From the human T2T-CHM13v2.0 reference genome, Homo sapiens: a DNA stretch of 64,000 nucleotides. Location: assembly GCF_009914755.1 (NCBI RefSeq), contig NC_060931.1; one strand, given 5' to 3'. Below the pieces are notes generated by a model, which was not told the DNA's origin, made no database searches, and worked only from the letters and a program-made list of their open reading frames with translations. Below, in pieces: positions 17,270 through 34,021 of the stretch (positions are counted from its first letter, which is position 1; each line of letters opens with the position of its first letter). A program made the translations under genes and the position numbers.

Positions 17270-19179
17270 TCAAGTGATACCAGATTACTATAAATAAGAG
17301 TGTTATTTCAGATATTTTAATTAGAGCATCCATACTGTTATCTTCTGTTATTTGATTAGACTTTTACTATGCCTGAGCAAGGAAAGGCATTTGAAGAGAA
17401 TTTCTTAAACTTTATAAACAAAAAATTTTGATTTGTCCCAAGATTTTCAGCCTATTTCTGATCTAGTACTACCCAAAGAAGAAGGTAGCATATTTTGTTT
17501 TTAACTCTTGGCAAGTACAATGTTTACATTTCCAGATCTTTATCCTTTGTCAAAATGTTCCTTTTCAATATGAGGAGAGAAATATATTGGTACTTGAGTA
17601 TGTGGGCTAAAAACCAATTCCATCAAGATACCAGAGTAAAAAATGTGTTAACTTCAATTTCTGTCCGCGATAGCTACTTGTCAAACAGTCCTTTTTTTAA
17701 AAAAAGAGAAATATATCTTATACAAGAAAACGCTGCCAGCTTTTAGCAGTAAACTTTTATCAGCAATGTGACCAGATGTGTTTCTGCTGAACTATGATTA
17801 TGCCAAGGTCAAGATCCAGTAGTAAACTGAACTATTTAATTCTTCTCTCTGTTTAAGTAATAGCATTAACATTCTTGAAACCCATATTTAAAAAAAGAAA
17901 AATGACCAACATAATTTCTTGCATTGCACGTTAACAATGACCATTGGCCCTCTCTCTACAGATGTTAGGATACTCTGACCTGACATCATTATCTAAATAA
18001 TGGTTGTTCCATTGCTACGAGGGGCTTATTGTACATTAATGAGATAGCCCTCTATCTAATATTTAAATAAACCAATTTATGTATGTGGCCAATTTGCAAA
18101 TTAAAAAACAAACATTTCACATTTGGCCTTATATCAGGTTATAAAAATATTATGTGCTGCTTATGGCAATTTGGGGGAAGTAAAGAGAAATACAAAGAAG
18201 CAAGGAAAGAAATTACCTATAATTCCAGGACCTTAACACAGTAATTAACATTTGAAGTACTTCTACTTAATCCACTGGGGGAGGGCATGCTTTTTTGCAA
18301 ATTTAATTCCATCTTATATGTTACTTTTGTTTTTGTTTAACATCGTGTCATAAGTATTTTTCCTTATCATTACACTTCTCTGTGATTGTCATGTTAAAGA
18401 CAGTGTAGTCATTTCATCCTGCTCAGTTTCCTGCTTGTTGGCCAGTAGTAGGGAGCAGCAGGAGTGTGTGATGTCCCTGCATCCTTCTTCCCATCCTAGA
18501 GGCCTGAGAGTCACATTTTCTGTCCTTAGCACACTGAGGACAAAGTCTCAGCTACTCCTGAGTTGCAGCATGCACATTTTGTCACTTTTGAACATTTTGA
18601 AAATTGAATGCAGCCAGAGATGACATGTTACATTTAATTGGTGGCATTGAGACTTTCACAAAGGAGAAGCATAAGATAATGGTACATTAAATCATGGCAT
18701 GGCCTTTATCCTAGAGTTTCTTGTAGTCAATGAAATATATCTTCTTCTTTCCTTTGCTTTAGGATGAGCTCGTCTCCCTTTCATGGTTCTGACAAGTTTC
18801 CCTTCTTATTGACCTATTTTGTTTATTTCCACCTCTCATCATCAGTGCCAAAGTCTATTCTTGAGCCTTAACCCATCTGGCTAATCTGGACATCTGTTTC
18901 CTACCACTTTTTTGAAGGCTTTAACTTTCATGTAAACCGTGGGACCCCTATCCACAGGCATAGATCCCCCAGGGCTGATTCCATTCAGCTTGGATTTAAT
19001 GCCATTTTACCCTGCTCTGCTTAGCTAAAATACTATCCTGCTTTCAGCCACTTCTGAAATCAGACAAGACTGCTGTGCTTGATTTGTGCAAATATGTTGT
19101 CTAAAGCCAGTGTCTGCAAGCTGGCTAACTCCTTAGTAAACTGGTTCCCTCCAGACCTTTTACCTAATATCGTTTTAGA

Positions 19180-19700
19180 GAAATGTAAGTGTATTGCATC
19201 TTAGGTTCGTGTTGAGGCATCAGGTAATGTCTAGTGGATAATAGCTTCTATGGGTTTGGAGACTCAGGAGAACATTGGGGAAGGAATACCAGGTGTAGAT
19301 CTGAAAGTCATCTCTTTAGCAACGGATTGTAGTTAAAGGCAAGTAAGCAGATGGGATGACCCAAGAAGTGCCTAAAGAAGGCAAAGAGGGAGTCTGCGGG
19401 TGTTGAAGCTTTCAACGTGAAGCACATAGAGAATGAGTCTGGGAAGAATTTGATAAAGATACTGGTTGAATTCCATGCAACTCAAGGAAACAGTGAGTTT
19501 CCAGAAAGATTACGAAGTAAAGGTATGACAAAAAAGAAAATAGCTTTACCAGTTGGTCTTTAATTACTATGTCAAAAAGGAAGTATGGTGCAGTGTTTTG
19601 TGTGGAAGCCATTGTATAGAGGGATGAATGGGAAAGATGGAAATGGGGAGAGTAAATAATAGATCTGAATGTAATGAATACTGACCTTTTGAACCAAGAG
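19180..19700 (-). mobile_element. L2 fragment
   Basis: gagactcaggaga...gtagatctgaaagtcatc...gatgggatgacccaag, L2 antisense signature. Confidence 0.6.
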
Positions 19701-19952
19701 TACCAATAATAAAGAAGTCAAAGGCATTTCCTTTCATCAGCTTAAAGAATTGCATAGCATATCTGCTAAAAACTTTACATTTAGAACATAGATATTGAAG
19801 AAAATGACTCATACTTTACCAGAATTCAAAGGTAAACAGTTACTATACTGCATTACATCTTCTACGGTTTTTATGCATGTTCATACATATGTGTCTATAT
19901 TTCACTTATAAAATTGAAATCATGTTGTACATATTTTTGCAACTATATATAT

Positions 19953-20254
<302 letters not shown>

Positions 20255-20522
20255 TGAACAACTATGCCAACTTTGATCATCGTAGATTAATTTTGCCTGT
20301 TATTGAACTTTTAAATTTATTTTTGTTTTGCTTGTTTTTTAACTTTATATAAATGAAACGATTGTTTATGCCTTTGTGTCTGATTTCTCAACATTATAAT
20401 ATTATAATAACATTCAACATGGTGTTCAGAGATTCCTCCATGATTTTGCAAGTAATAGTGGTTCTGAATACAAGTCCAGATACAGGTACTGAATATATCT
20501 TCTCCCAGTCTGTCTTTACCAG

Positions 20523-20850
<328 letters not shown>

Positions 20851-22822
20851 TAATATTGCTTGATAAACAGAGCTCTTCATTTTAACAAAGTCTAGTTTAT
20901 CACTTTAAAAAAGTATATGTTTAGTGCTTTTTCTGTCCTATTTGTGAAATCTTTGCCCACCCCAAGGTCATGAAGATAGTTTCTTATGTTTTCCTCTTTC
21001 AGAAGTGTTGTTATTATTATTTTTCAATTTGGTCTGTGAATCATCTGAGATTAATTTGGGGGTATTGCATAAGGTAGGGGGTCTGGATTTTTTTTTTTAA
21101 TGGACTTTATATTTTAGAGCAGTTTTAGACTCAAAACAAAATTGAGCAGAGGGTCCAGAGATTTTCCATATCCCCCCTATTCCATGCATGCGTACATTAC
21201 CTCCTTATCAACATCACCCGCAAGAGTGGCACATTTATTATAACTGATGAACCTACACGGATCCATCATTATCAGCCATGGTCTGTATTTTACATTAGGG
21301 TTCATTGTTGTGGTTGTACATCTGTGGGTGTGGACAAATGTATAGTGACATGTATCCACCATTACAGTGTCATATGGGGTAGTTTCACTGCCCTAAGAAT
21401 CTCCTGTACTCTGCCTGTTTATCTCTCCCTCCCTCATCCCTGGCAACCATGGATGGATCTTTTACTGTCTGCGTAGCTTTGCCTTTTCCAGAATGTCATA
21501 TAGTTGGAATCATACTGTATGTAGCCTTTTCAGATTTGCTTCTTTCACTTAACAATATGCATTTAAGGTTCCTTTCATGTGTTTTCACATGGATAGTTCA
21601 TCTCTTTTTAGAGCTAAACAATATTCTGTTGTCTGGATGTACCACAGTTTACTCACCCACTGAAGGGCATCTTGGTTTCTTCCAAGTTTTGGCAATTTTG
21701 AACCCAGCTGCTATAAACATCTGTGTGCAAGTTTGTGTTTGCATATAAATTTTCAACTCCTTGGAGTAAATACCAAAGAGTGTAGTTGCTGGGTAGTTTC
21801 ATAAGAGTATTGTTTAGTTTTTTAAGAAACTGCCAAACTGTCTTCCAAAGTGGCTGTACCATTTTGTATTCCCATGAGCAATGGATGAGAGTTCTGTCAC
21901 TGTTGCTTTATTTTGCATTCCCCTGATGACAGGTGATGTGGAACATTTTTTCATATGCTTATTTGCCATTCATATATCTTTGATGAGATGTCTGCTATGG
22001 TCTTTGGCCCATTTTTAATTGGGTTGTTCATTTTCTTATTGTTGAGATTTAAGAGTTCTTTGTATATTTTGGAGTCCTTTATCAGATATGTCTTTTGCAA
22101 ATGTGTTCTCCCAGTCTGTAGCTTGTCTTTTCATCTCTTGGCAGTGTCTTCTGCAGAGCAAAAATGTTTAATACTTACCAATTTTTTCTCTCATGGGTCA
22201 TGCCTTTGGTTTGCTATCTAAAAAGCTATTACCAAATCCACGGTCATCTAGACTTTCTCCTGTGTTATCTTCTAGAACTCTTACAGTTTTGCCTTTTACA
22301 TTTAATTTTGTAATCCACTTAGAGTTAATTTTTGGGAGAGGTATAAGGTGTTCGTCTAGATTCTTTTTTTTGCATGTGGATTTCTAGTTCCAGCACTATT
22401 TGTTGAAAAAAATTATCTTCTCCCCATTGTATTACTTTTTTCACTTTTTTCTCTTTTGCTAAAGATCAGTTGACTATATTTGTGTGACTCTTTTCCTGGG
22501 CTGTGTTCTGTTCCTTTGGTCTATTTGTCTGTTCTTGCAACAATATCACATACATTTCAGGGGATTTGATATAGTTGGATTAACATCTACTGTATTTGTT
22601 AATGTTTTCTATTTGTTGGTCTTGTTCTTTGTTTCTATTTTTGTATTCCACATTTTTTCTTTTGTGGTTTTGAGTATGTTAAATATGATTCCATTTTCTC
22701 TCTTTTCTTAGCATATTAATCATACTTCACTTGTTGTTTTTTTAGTGTTTTCCCTAGAGTTTGTAATATAGGTCTACCAGTAATTGAAGTCCATTTTCAA
22801 AGAACACTATATTCCTTCCTGA

Positions 22823-23231
<409 letters not shown>

Positions 23232-24386
23232 TAGGCATGCATAATCAATATATTGTTGCTATCTTATTATTTTGGCCAAATTGCTATCTGTTGGATGAAT
23301 TAAGAATAAGAAAAATAAACATTTTTATTTTACTCCTTCTCTGATGTTCTTCCTTTCTTTTCTTAGATCTGAGTTTCTGACCTGTATCATTTTCCTTTTC
23401 TCTGAAGAACTTCTTTTAACATTTCTTTCAAGGAAGATCTACTGGCAACAAATTCCCCCAGATTCCAGTTGTCTGAAAAAGTATTTCTCCCTTAGTGTTG
23501 AAGGACATTTTCATAGGGTGCAGATTCTAGGTGGTGATTTTTTCTTTCAGGGCTTAAATATTTCACCCTGCCGTCTCCTTGCTTGCATGCTTTCTGGGTA
23601 GAAGTTGAAATCATTCTTTCCTTTTCTATAGGTAAGGCTTTTTTCCCTCTGTCTTCTTTCTGGATTTTGTTAAATATTTGATTTTCTGTGGTTTGAAACT
23701 TACATGCTTATCTATAGTTTTTCTGACATTTATCCTACTTGGTGTTCTGGGAGCCTCCTGACTGTGGTTTGGGGCCTGACATTAACATGGGGAAATCCTG
23801 AGTGATTATTCGTTCAAATACTACTTTTGTTCTTTTCTCTCTTTCTTTTCCTCTTGGTATTCCTGTTACACATACATTACACCCTTTATAGTTATCCCAC
23901 AGCTCCTGAATATTCCATTCTGGTTTATTTCAGTCTTTTTTCATTTTGCTTTTCAGTTTTAGAGGTTTCTGTTGAGAATCCTTAAACTCAGAGATTCCTT
24001 CATCAGCCATATCCAGTCTCAAGGCCATTCTTCATTTCCAAAGTTAGAGTGTTTTAGAGCTCCAGCATTTCGATTTTGTTCTTTCTTAGGATTTCGATCT
24101 CTGTTTACATTGTCTATCTGTTCTTGTGTGCTGTGTACTTTATCCACTGGAGCCCTTTGCATCTGGTCGGGTTATCCCAACATCCCTGCCGTGTCAGAGC
24201 CTGGTTTGGATCCTTGTGCTATCTCTTTAAACTTTGCTTTTTGCCTTTTAGTGTGCCTTGTAACTTCTTGTCACTGAACGTGATATCCTGGGTAAAAGGA
24301 ACTGCTCTCACTAGACCTTTAATAATGTGATGGTATGGTGTATGGGGAGGGGAAGCATTCTGTAGTCTTATGATTAGGTCTCAGTG

Positions 24387-24775
<389 letters not shown>

Positions 24776-25742
24776 TAGAGTGTGCTGCAGTTGGCTATTT
24801 CCCTTTTCTTACATGGAAGGCCGGTGCTGGCTGGAGTTGGGTATTTCTCTTCCACTTGGTTAGTTAGGCTCTGATAAAACCAAGCAAGTTAGGTTCTGGT
24901 TAAATCGTTTCTCCTGGGAGCAGACCTTGTTATCAACAGAATGCTCTGACACATGTCAAATGGTTCCTGTTTCCCTCCCCTTACCGGAAGCACAAGGGAT
25001 TTCCCCCTGTATACTTACTGTGAGAATCTGGCAGAGCTCCAGTAGGTAAAACTCACAAAAGTGTAGGGCCCCTAATGACTGGGTCTGTCTGGAATTTTTA
25101 TGTGTCAGACTTGTCCACACTGAGCCTCCAGCACTTTGTCAATTACAGTTCAGTTTCCCTGTGTTAGCGCTGGTCTCTGTGGAGGTTTCTGCTCCTGTTA
25201 AGTTGTGATTCTCTGTGCCTGCCTGTTTTTCCCTCCAATTATGGGGACAGCAGGTTTGCCCTGTGACCTCACTTCTCTGATGGATCTAAGAACAGTTGTT
25301 GATTTTTCAATTTGTTCAGCTTTTTACTTGTTAAGACACAGTGATGACGTCCAAGCAACTTTCTTGCTGCATTGGAAACTAGAAGGCTCGTAGGGGTTAA
25401 TTTTAAGTTTTAAAATCTGATAGTATAAGTCTCACAGCTTTTTTCTTTAAGACCTAGTAATTTTTGTCTTTGTGAATTCTCCTTTTAGTGTCATGCTTAG
25501 ACCCTTAGGATATAAAAATACTTATGTATATTTTCTGGTTCTTTCCTAGCCCAGTTGTTTAAATCTCAACTCTTTAATCCAGTTGGGATATAACTTAGCA
25601 TTCATTTTTATGTCGTTCCCAAGTACCATTTATTGATGAACCATCTTTAAAGTACAGATTTGATAAGCTATCATTACTACGTATTGAAACTTGATATATG
25701 TGCTGTTCCATTCCCAGAAGATACTCTGTGTGTTGATTTCTA

Positions 25743-26372
<630 letters not shown>

Positions 26373-26809
26373 ATGCAAAATACAAAAATGAAGTAAATAT
26401 AACACTCCAACACTCTTCTTACTGTCTGAATAATATTTTTTAATATGGATTTAACAAATAACCTCACAAGTCTTGTCTTTGGCAGCCTTCCCTAACTCCT
26501 TCCCTCCCCTCCCACAGTCTGCATTTGGCACTTCTGGGTGAAGGGTACTTGTGCTTTCTTTTACCACCCAGGAGAGCAGGGGTTGGTGTGACTGCTTATT
26601 TAATTGTCCTTGCTCTGAATTGAAAAGTCCCCTAGGGAAGGCAAGATGTGTGTTATGCCTTTTTGTTCACTGTGGTATTCAAAGCCCTTAACACGGTGAC
26701 TGACACATGATTGCCACATAAGTATTTGGTCAATGAGCAAATTGCATTTATCTGATCTCCTCTTGGTGTATATTCTGTTATTTCCCAACAACCTGCTTGG
26801 TTTAGTAAT

Positions 26810-26950
26810 TGAAAGCTTGGGTCTCTGAAACAAGGCTACCAAGGTTTGGATACTGGCTCTGCCACCTATTGTGTGTGTAATTTTGGGCAAGGGACTCACT
26901 TTTCTCACCTGTGAAATGGGGTAAATAACAGTGCCTACCTTATAGGGTCT
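26810..26950 (+). mobile_element. MIR
   Basis: ctggctctgccacctatt...ttgggcaag...ctcacctgtgaaatggggtaaataacagtgcctacct. Confidence 0.7.
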
Positions 26951-27277
26951 AGACAAAAACACCTAGAAACATTACAGTAGGTAATTTTGTTTGAATTTTA
27001 CAAAATGATGCCCTCTATTGTCATTTTTGTGTATATGATTAAATATTTTATACATATGAAAAGATACAGTGAATAAGATAGTAAGTACCACTATAACTAT
27101 AGTCTAGCTTAAGAAATAAATATTACAAATTCATTTGCAGTCTCTGTGGACCTCATTTCTATCCTATCATACTTCTTTTCCTTCTCTTTCTTTCAGAGGG
27201 AATCAGTATCCTGTAATTGGTGTTTATCGTTCCATATTGTCTTCAGTATTTCATGTTTGGTGTTTATCATTCCATAT

Positions 27278-27827
27278 TGTATTAATGAGGGTTCTCTAGA
27301 GGGACAGAACTAATAGGATAGATGTACATATGAAGGGGAGTTTATTGGAGAATTGACTCGCACTATCACAAGGTGAAGTCCCACAATAGGTCATCTGCAA
27401 GCTGAGGTGCCAGGAAGCCGTTCCAAGTCCCAAAACCTCAGAAGTAGGGAAGCTGACAGTGCAGCCTTCAGTCTGTGGCCAAAAGGCCTGAGAGCCCCTG
27501 GCAAACCACTGGTGTAAGTCCAAGAGTCCAAAAGCTGAAGAACTTGGAGTTTGATGTTCGAGGGCAGGAAGCATCCAGCACGGGAGAAAGATGAAGGCCA
27601 GAAGACTCAGCCAGTCTAGTTTTTCCACGTTCTTCTGCCTGCTTTTATTCCGGCTGCACTGGCAGCTGATTAGATGGTGCCCACCCAGATTGAGGGGTGG
27701 ATCTGCCTTTCCCAGTCCACTGACTCAAATGTTAATCTCCTTTGGCAACACCCTCACAGACACACCCAGGAGCAATACTTTGTATCCTTTAATACAATCA
27801 AGTTGACACTCAGTGTTAACCATCACA
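27278..27827 (-). mobile_element. MLT2A (HERV-L) solo LTR
   Basis: gggttctctagagggacagaactaatagga...aagttgacactcagtgttaaccatcaca, reverse complement of MLT2A consensus ends. Confidence 0.9.
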
Positions 27828-28105
27828 CAGGGTCTTGCTCTGTTGCCCAGGGTGGAGTGCCACAAGTATGATCATGGCTCACCACAGCCTTGAACTCCTG
27901 GACTCAAGCAGTCCTCCCACTTCAGCCTCCCAAGTAGCTAGAGACAATAGGTGTCCGCCACTGTGCCCGGCTAATTTTTGCATTTTGTAGAGATATGGTC
28001 TCACTGTGTTGCTCAGGTTGGTCTCGAACTCCTGGCGTCAAGTGATCCTCTCGCTTTGGCCTCCCAAAGTGCTGGGATTACAGACGTGATCTACTGCTCC
28101 TGGCC
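27828..28105 (-). mobile_element. AluJ missing its tail
   Basis: Begins cagggtcttgctctg directly after the LTR. Confidence 0.9.
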
Positions 28106-28830
28106 TATCATTCCATATTTATACTTCACTCTTATGTATAACTCCATAAGTAACAGAGCATAGTGTTTTCCATATTTTAAAACTTTATATAATATTGTAA
28201 CCCTATATGTATCCTTAAGCAACTTGATTTAATTTTTGACCATTTTTTTAAAATAAAAAATTACATTTTTACCATTTTAAAGTGTACAGTTCAGTGGTAT
28301 CATGTACATTCATATTATATGCAACTATTACCACCATCCATCTCCAGAGCTGTTTAATCTCCCCATTCTTTCCCCCAAACTATGAAACTTCATACCCATT
28401 AAATAGTAGCCTCCCTCATTTCTTCCTCCCTGCAACCTGTTTTTCTTTTGTTTGATATTATGCTCGTGACATATTCATATTGTTATATTTAGCTTTTGAG
28501 ACTTTGTAACTGCTAGGTAGCCTTCTATCCTGTAAATATTCCCCGATGTAGGAGAAATTCATCCTCCTACAGATGGGCATTTGGATTGTTTCACAGTTTC
28601 TAACTCTGCAGTGAACATTATTGAGAGTGTCTCTTTGTGCACATGTGCAATAATTTCTTTCGGAACTAACCTGTGGTTGGAAGTTGCTGGATCATAGGAT
28701 ATGTACATCTTAAACTTGAACTTGATTAGATTTTTGTCACCGTACCCTGTCCTACGTGATTATACTTAGGAGACTACTGCATTAAATTTCTATTTTCTAT
28801 CCTCACGAATACTTGGTCTTGTTAGTTGTT
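28106..28830 (-). mobile_element. Old L1ME/L1MB 3' fragments
   Basis: accattttaaagtgtacagttcagtgg, gatgggcatttggattgtttc. Confidence 0.65.
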
Positions 28831-28835
28831 GATTC

Positions 28836-29373
28836 TATTTTATTTATTTTTTGAGACAGGATCTTGCTCTATTGGCAGACTGGATGCAGTGGTGCCATCA
28901 TGGCTCACTGCAGTCTCAACCTCCTGGGCTCAAGTGATCTTCCCACCTCAGTCCCCCCACGAAGCTCGGACTACAGCCGTGCACCACCATGCCTGGCTAA
29001 TTTTTTTGATTCTTTAACTTGTACAGATGGAGTCTCACTATGTTGCCCAGCTTGTCTTAAACTCCTGGCCTCAAGTGATCCTCCTACCTTGGCTTTCAAA
29101 AGTGCTGGGATTGTCCGGGCACGGTGGCTTACACCTGTAATCCCCAGCACTTTGGGAGGCCAAGGCAGGCGGATCATGAAATCAAGAGATCGAGACCATC
29201 CTGACCAACATGGTGAAACCCCGTCTCTACTAAAAATACAAAAATTAGCTGGGCGTGATGATGTGCGCCTGTTGTCCCAGGTACTTGGCGGCTGAGCGAG
29301 TTTCCATCTCAAAAAAAAAAAAAAAGAAAAAAAAAAGTTTTGGAATTACAGGTGTGAGCCACTGTGCCTGGCC
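28836..29373 (-). mobile_element. AluJ interrupted by an opposite-orientation Alu
   Basis: Left arm split at aaaagtgctgggatt / aaaagttttggaatt. Confidence 0.9.
29113..29336 (+). mobile_element. AluSc-like with right-arm deletion, nested
   Basis: ggctgag joined directly to cgagtttccatctc-A tail. Confidence 0.9.
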
Positions 29374-29529
29374 ATTGTCAGGGTTTTAGGTTTTGCCAGT
29401 CTGATTTGAGGTTTTATTTTATAATCCTCCCAGGAGTGGGTGAGCATTTTGTTGTGTTTGGCCATGTCTTTAATAGCCTTTCCATACCTTGCCCATTTCT
29501 CCGTTGGCTGTTTGCCTTTGTCTAGACTC

Positions 29530-29850
29530 TTAGAATTCATTCTTTCTGCCTGTAATGGGCTTCTCTATGTTGATATGGTTTGTTTTCTCATTTCCTTCAG
29601 GACTCCACTCAAATATCACCTTATCAGAGAGTTAGCCCCTCCTCATCCTGTGGAAAATAATATCCCTCCTCAGCAGCACTGCCCATCCCTCTTCTCTGCT
29701 TGTTTTTTTCCATAGCAGCATCAACTCCAGACTTGCATGTTATTGGTTTTTATTCCTTTCAACTGTGAAAGCAGAGACATTTTCTCATTCCCTGCACTAT
29801 CCTCAGTGCCGCGGATAGTGCTTTGCCTGTAGTATGCATTTAGTAAAAAT
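29530..29850 (+). mobile_element. L2 3' fragment
   Basis: cattccttcagg-like...ctcaaatatcacc...gcactatcctcagtgcc. Confidence 0.6.
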
Positions 29851-29956
29851 AGGATTAATATAATAATTCATGCATCCTAGTATTCAGGTTCCCAGAAATG
29901 ATTACCTTCACCTTGGGCTAGGTGAAATAAACAAGTGCTAATAGATAAATAAAAGG

Positions 29957-30249
<293 letters not shown>

Positions 30250-30529
30250 GATAAATAAAAGGATACCATATATCCAAACAACTCTGTGAACCTTAGCAGG
30301 GTGCATGTCGGAGAACCCAGGGAAAAGCAGAAAAAGTTTCTGCTAGGCCAGGAAGCGGAAGCTGTCAAAGATACAGGTAGCCATTCTTCATTCCGCCAAG
30401 GGCTCCCAACCTCCCTCAACTGTATAAAAACTCAGAATCCTGGAAATCAGGAGACAAATGTTCCATGCCCATGTGTTTTTTTTTTTTTTAATAATTGAGG
30501 TATAATTTACATATCATAAAGTTCAAGAT

Positions 30530-30817
30530 GTGATGGCTCATGCCTGTAATCCCAGCACTTTGGGAGGCCAAGGTGGGAGGATTGCTTCAGCCCAGGAGTT
30601 TGAGACCAGCCTGAGCAATATAGCAAGACCCTTTCTCTACCAAAAAAAAAAAAAAAAAAAAAAAAAAATCAACCAGGTGTGCTAATGCATTCTTGTAGTC
30701 CCACCTACTTAGGAGGCTGAGGTGGGAGGATCAGTTGAGCTCAAGAGGCCAAGGCTGCAGTGAGCTATGATTGTGTCACTGCCCTCCAGCCTAGGTGACA
30801 GAGTGACACCCTGTCTA
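30530..30817 (+). mobile_element. AluJ with expanded middle A-tract, inside an L1ME fragment
   Basis: ~26-A linker; tail degenerated to gaat/ga repeats. Confidence 0.9.
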
Positions 30818-30941
30818 GAATGGATGAATGAATCAATGAATACATGCATATGTATATACAGAGAGAGAGAGAGAGGAAGTTCACCCTTCTAAAGTATGAT
30901 TTTTAGTATATTCACAAGCTTGTGAAATAATCACTACCTAA

Positions 30942-31298
<357 letters not shown>

Positions 31299-31599
31299 CA
31301 ACAGTTTTTTTTTTTTTTTTAAAGCCTTTATGGTTTATGCTGAAGCATCCAAATAACTGAGTTTCTCTGTAAATAAAGGATCTGCTCACTCCCAGAGCTG
31401 CTGCTCTTCTAGCACCTGGCCAGCAAATCCACCCTGTCCAGGTATGGCAGCCCCACCAGTTCCTTGTGTCTGACCTGGAAAGCCAGTCACTGTACCACTC
31501 AGGGTTTGCTGTTGAGACTCTGTTGTGTTTCATTATTGAACTAAATATAGTGTACAGCAGACATTGGGTCCTGCAGAGAACATTCTTATCATAAGTTCT

Positions 31600-31775
31600 T
31601 TTATTTAATAATCATAGCTCTAATAGCTAACATCTGTTAAACAACCTCTTACTAAATTCTGGTACTGCTAATCCTGAGTATGTATCATCTTATCTTCATA
31701 CCTTTTATATGAGTCGTAGATATTGTTCACCTTGTTTTACAGATGAGGAAATTGAAGGTCACAGAGCTGTTTGGC
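31600..31775 (-). mobile_element. MIR
   Basis: ttttacagatgaggaaattgaaggtcacagag. Confidence 0.7.
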
Positions 31776-32324
31776 TTCATGGTATATTTTTATTATCTTT
31801 TAGCACTTGTTTATTTGACATAGCCCAAAGTGGAGGTGATCGTGTGTGGGAACCTGAATACCAGCCACTAAAATCAAACTGGTATTTGAACCCCTGTTTA
31901 GCCCCAAAGAGCTTCAGTTTGTTAACCATAACCGTTTCCAGAACACAGAAGTTAGTCCTGCTACCTAAAGTTATCATTTTTCCTTCTCTTATTTATTCTT
32001 TGAACCAGAACAGCATAGTATGTTTCCATGTTATGTACTGTGATGTTAAGATTTTCATGGGTTAGCGTATGAAACTATTACAGTTATGTAATTCTGTAGT
32101 GATCTGTTGCCAAGGTATTATTAGTACTAGAGGAAGATTTCATCTGATCTGAATAATCTCTTCTATTATAAATTGGCTTTTTTTTCACATGAGAAGAAAA
32201 TTGTTTTGTATTTAATCATTGTAATTAATAATGTGACATTTAAACTGTTAGCTGATGAACTGTGATGACTGTGGAGTAGTGTTTGTAATTTGATGAAGTG
32301 TAGATCCACATACCATATATTAGT

Positions 32325-32343
32325 ATGTGTGTGTGTTTATACA

Positions 32344-32395
<52 letters not shown>
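32325..32395. repeat. (TG)n(TA)n microsatellite
   Basis: Direct reading. Confidence 0.95.
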
Positions 32396-32483
32396 GCTGA
32401 CATCACTATATTAGGGCAACATAAAAATACTAAAATTATTGACTGTCAAAACTAATAATGTGTAGTTGTCCTTTTCCAGTTGA

Positions 32484-33180
<697 letters not shown>

Positions 33181-34021
33181 GGAAAATTTGAAACTGTGCT
33201 TTTTAAAAGATTGTATTTGACAGCCTACCTAACAGGAAACAATTCCATTGGGCAAAATGCTTTTAAGCACAGGAATCAACCTTAGTTGGAGTGGAATGAT
33301 TCAACACTATGTGGCCAGTTTAAACAAGACTCTGGGAGGTGTGGTTGGGTGACTTGGTCTGCGTGGCTGAGCATTACATCTTCTCTATGTGGAAAGATTG
33401 GTGTGTATGGAGGTGTGGATTAAGACCTAATTAAAAAAAAATTTGAGGTGGAATGGAATCTATAGGAGGAATCTATGAAGACGCCCTGCATCAGACATCC
33501 TGTCCAAAGGGCCTAGTTTTCTCATCTCTGTGGTGCTTAGTAAGTGTTTCTCTAAGGAGACATCACAGCCACTGCCGAAAACAACCTCATCTTAGCAGCA
33601 GAGAGAGGCCCACACTCTCACACCATGCACCTCTTCCTCTTGATCCCAGAGTACCGAAAAAGAGTTTTGGACTAAGAAACCTGGGAGGTTGCTACCGATC
33701 TGGACTAGGCCTTGTGCTCTTGTTAATGCTTAAAGTGACTTTCTGAGAATGGGCTGGCCAGCTACCTCCTTGTGGCTAAGGGCTTGCTTTGCAGACACCC
33801 CACACTTCACAGAGAGGAGCGAGGGGTTCCATCCCCTGTGAAGCCTAGGCAGTGTCCTAGCAAGCCATCTGTATGATGCCCACAGGGAATAGTGCGTATT
33901 GAACTGGTAGTCCTCCTGGTTTCTCTGCTTCGAGTGTTTATTCTCTAGACCAGAAATTACCTTTTTAAAAAAAGTAATAATAATAACTCTATGAAGGAGG
34001 AGGGTTCTAAAAAGAGTTTTG

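Noticed and set aside
17933-17947. Inverted SOX-like pair AACAATGACCATTGG
   Set aside because: Spacing and second half-site deviate from the SOXE dimer consensus; not supportable alone
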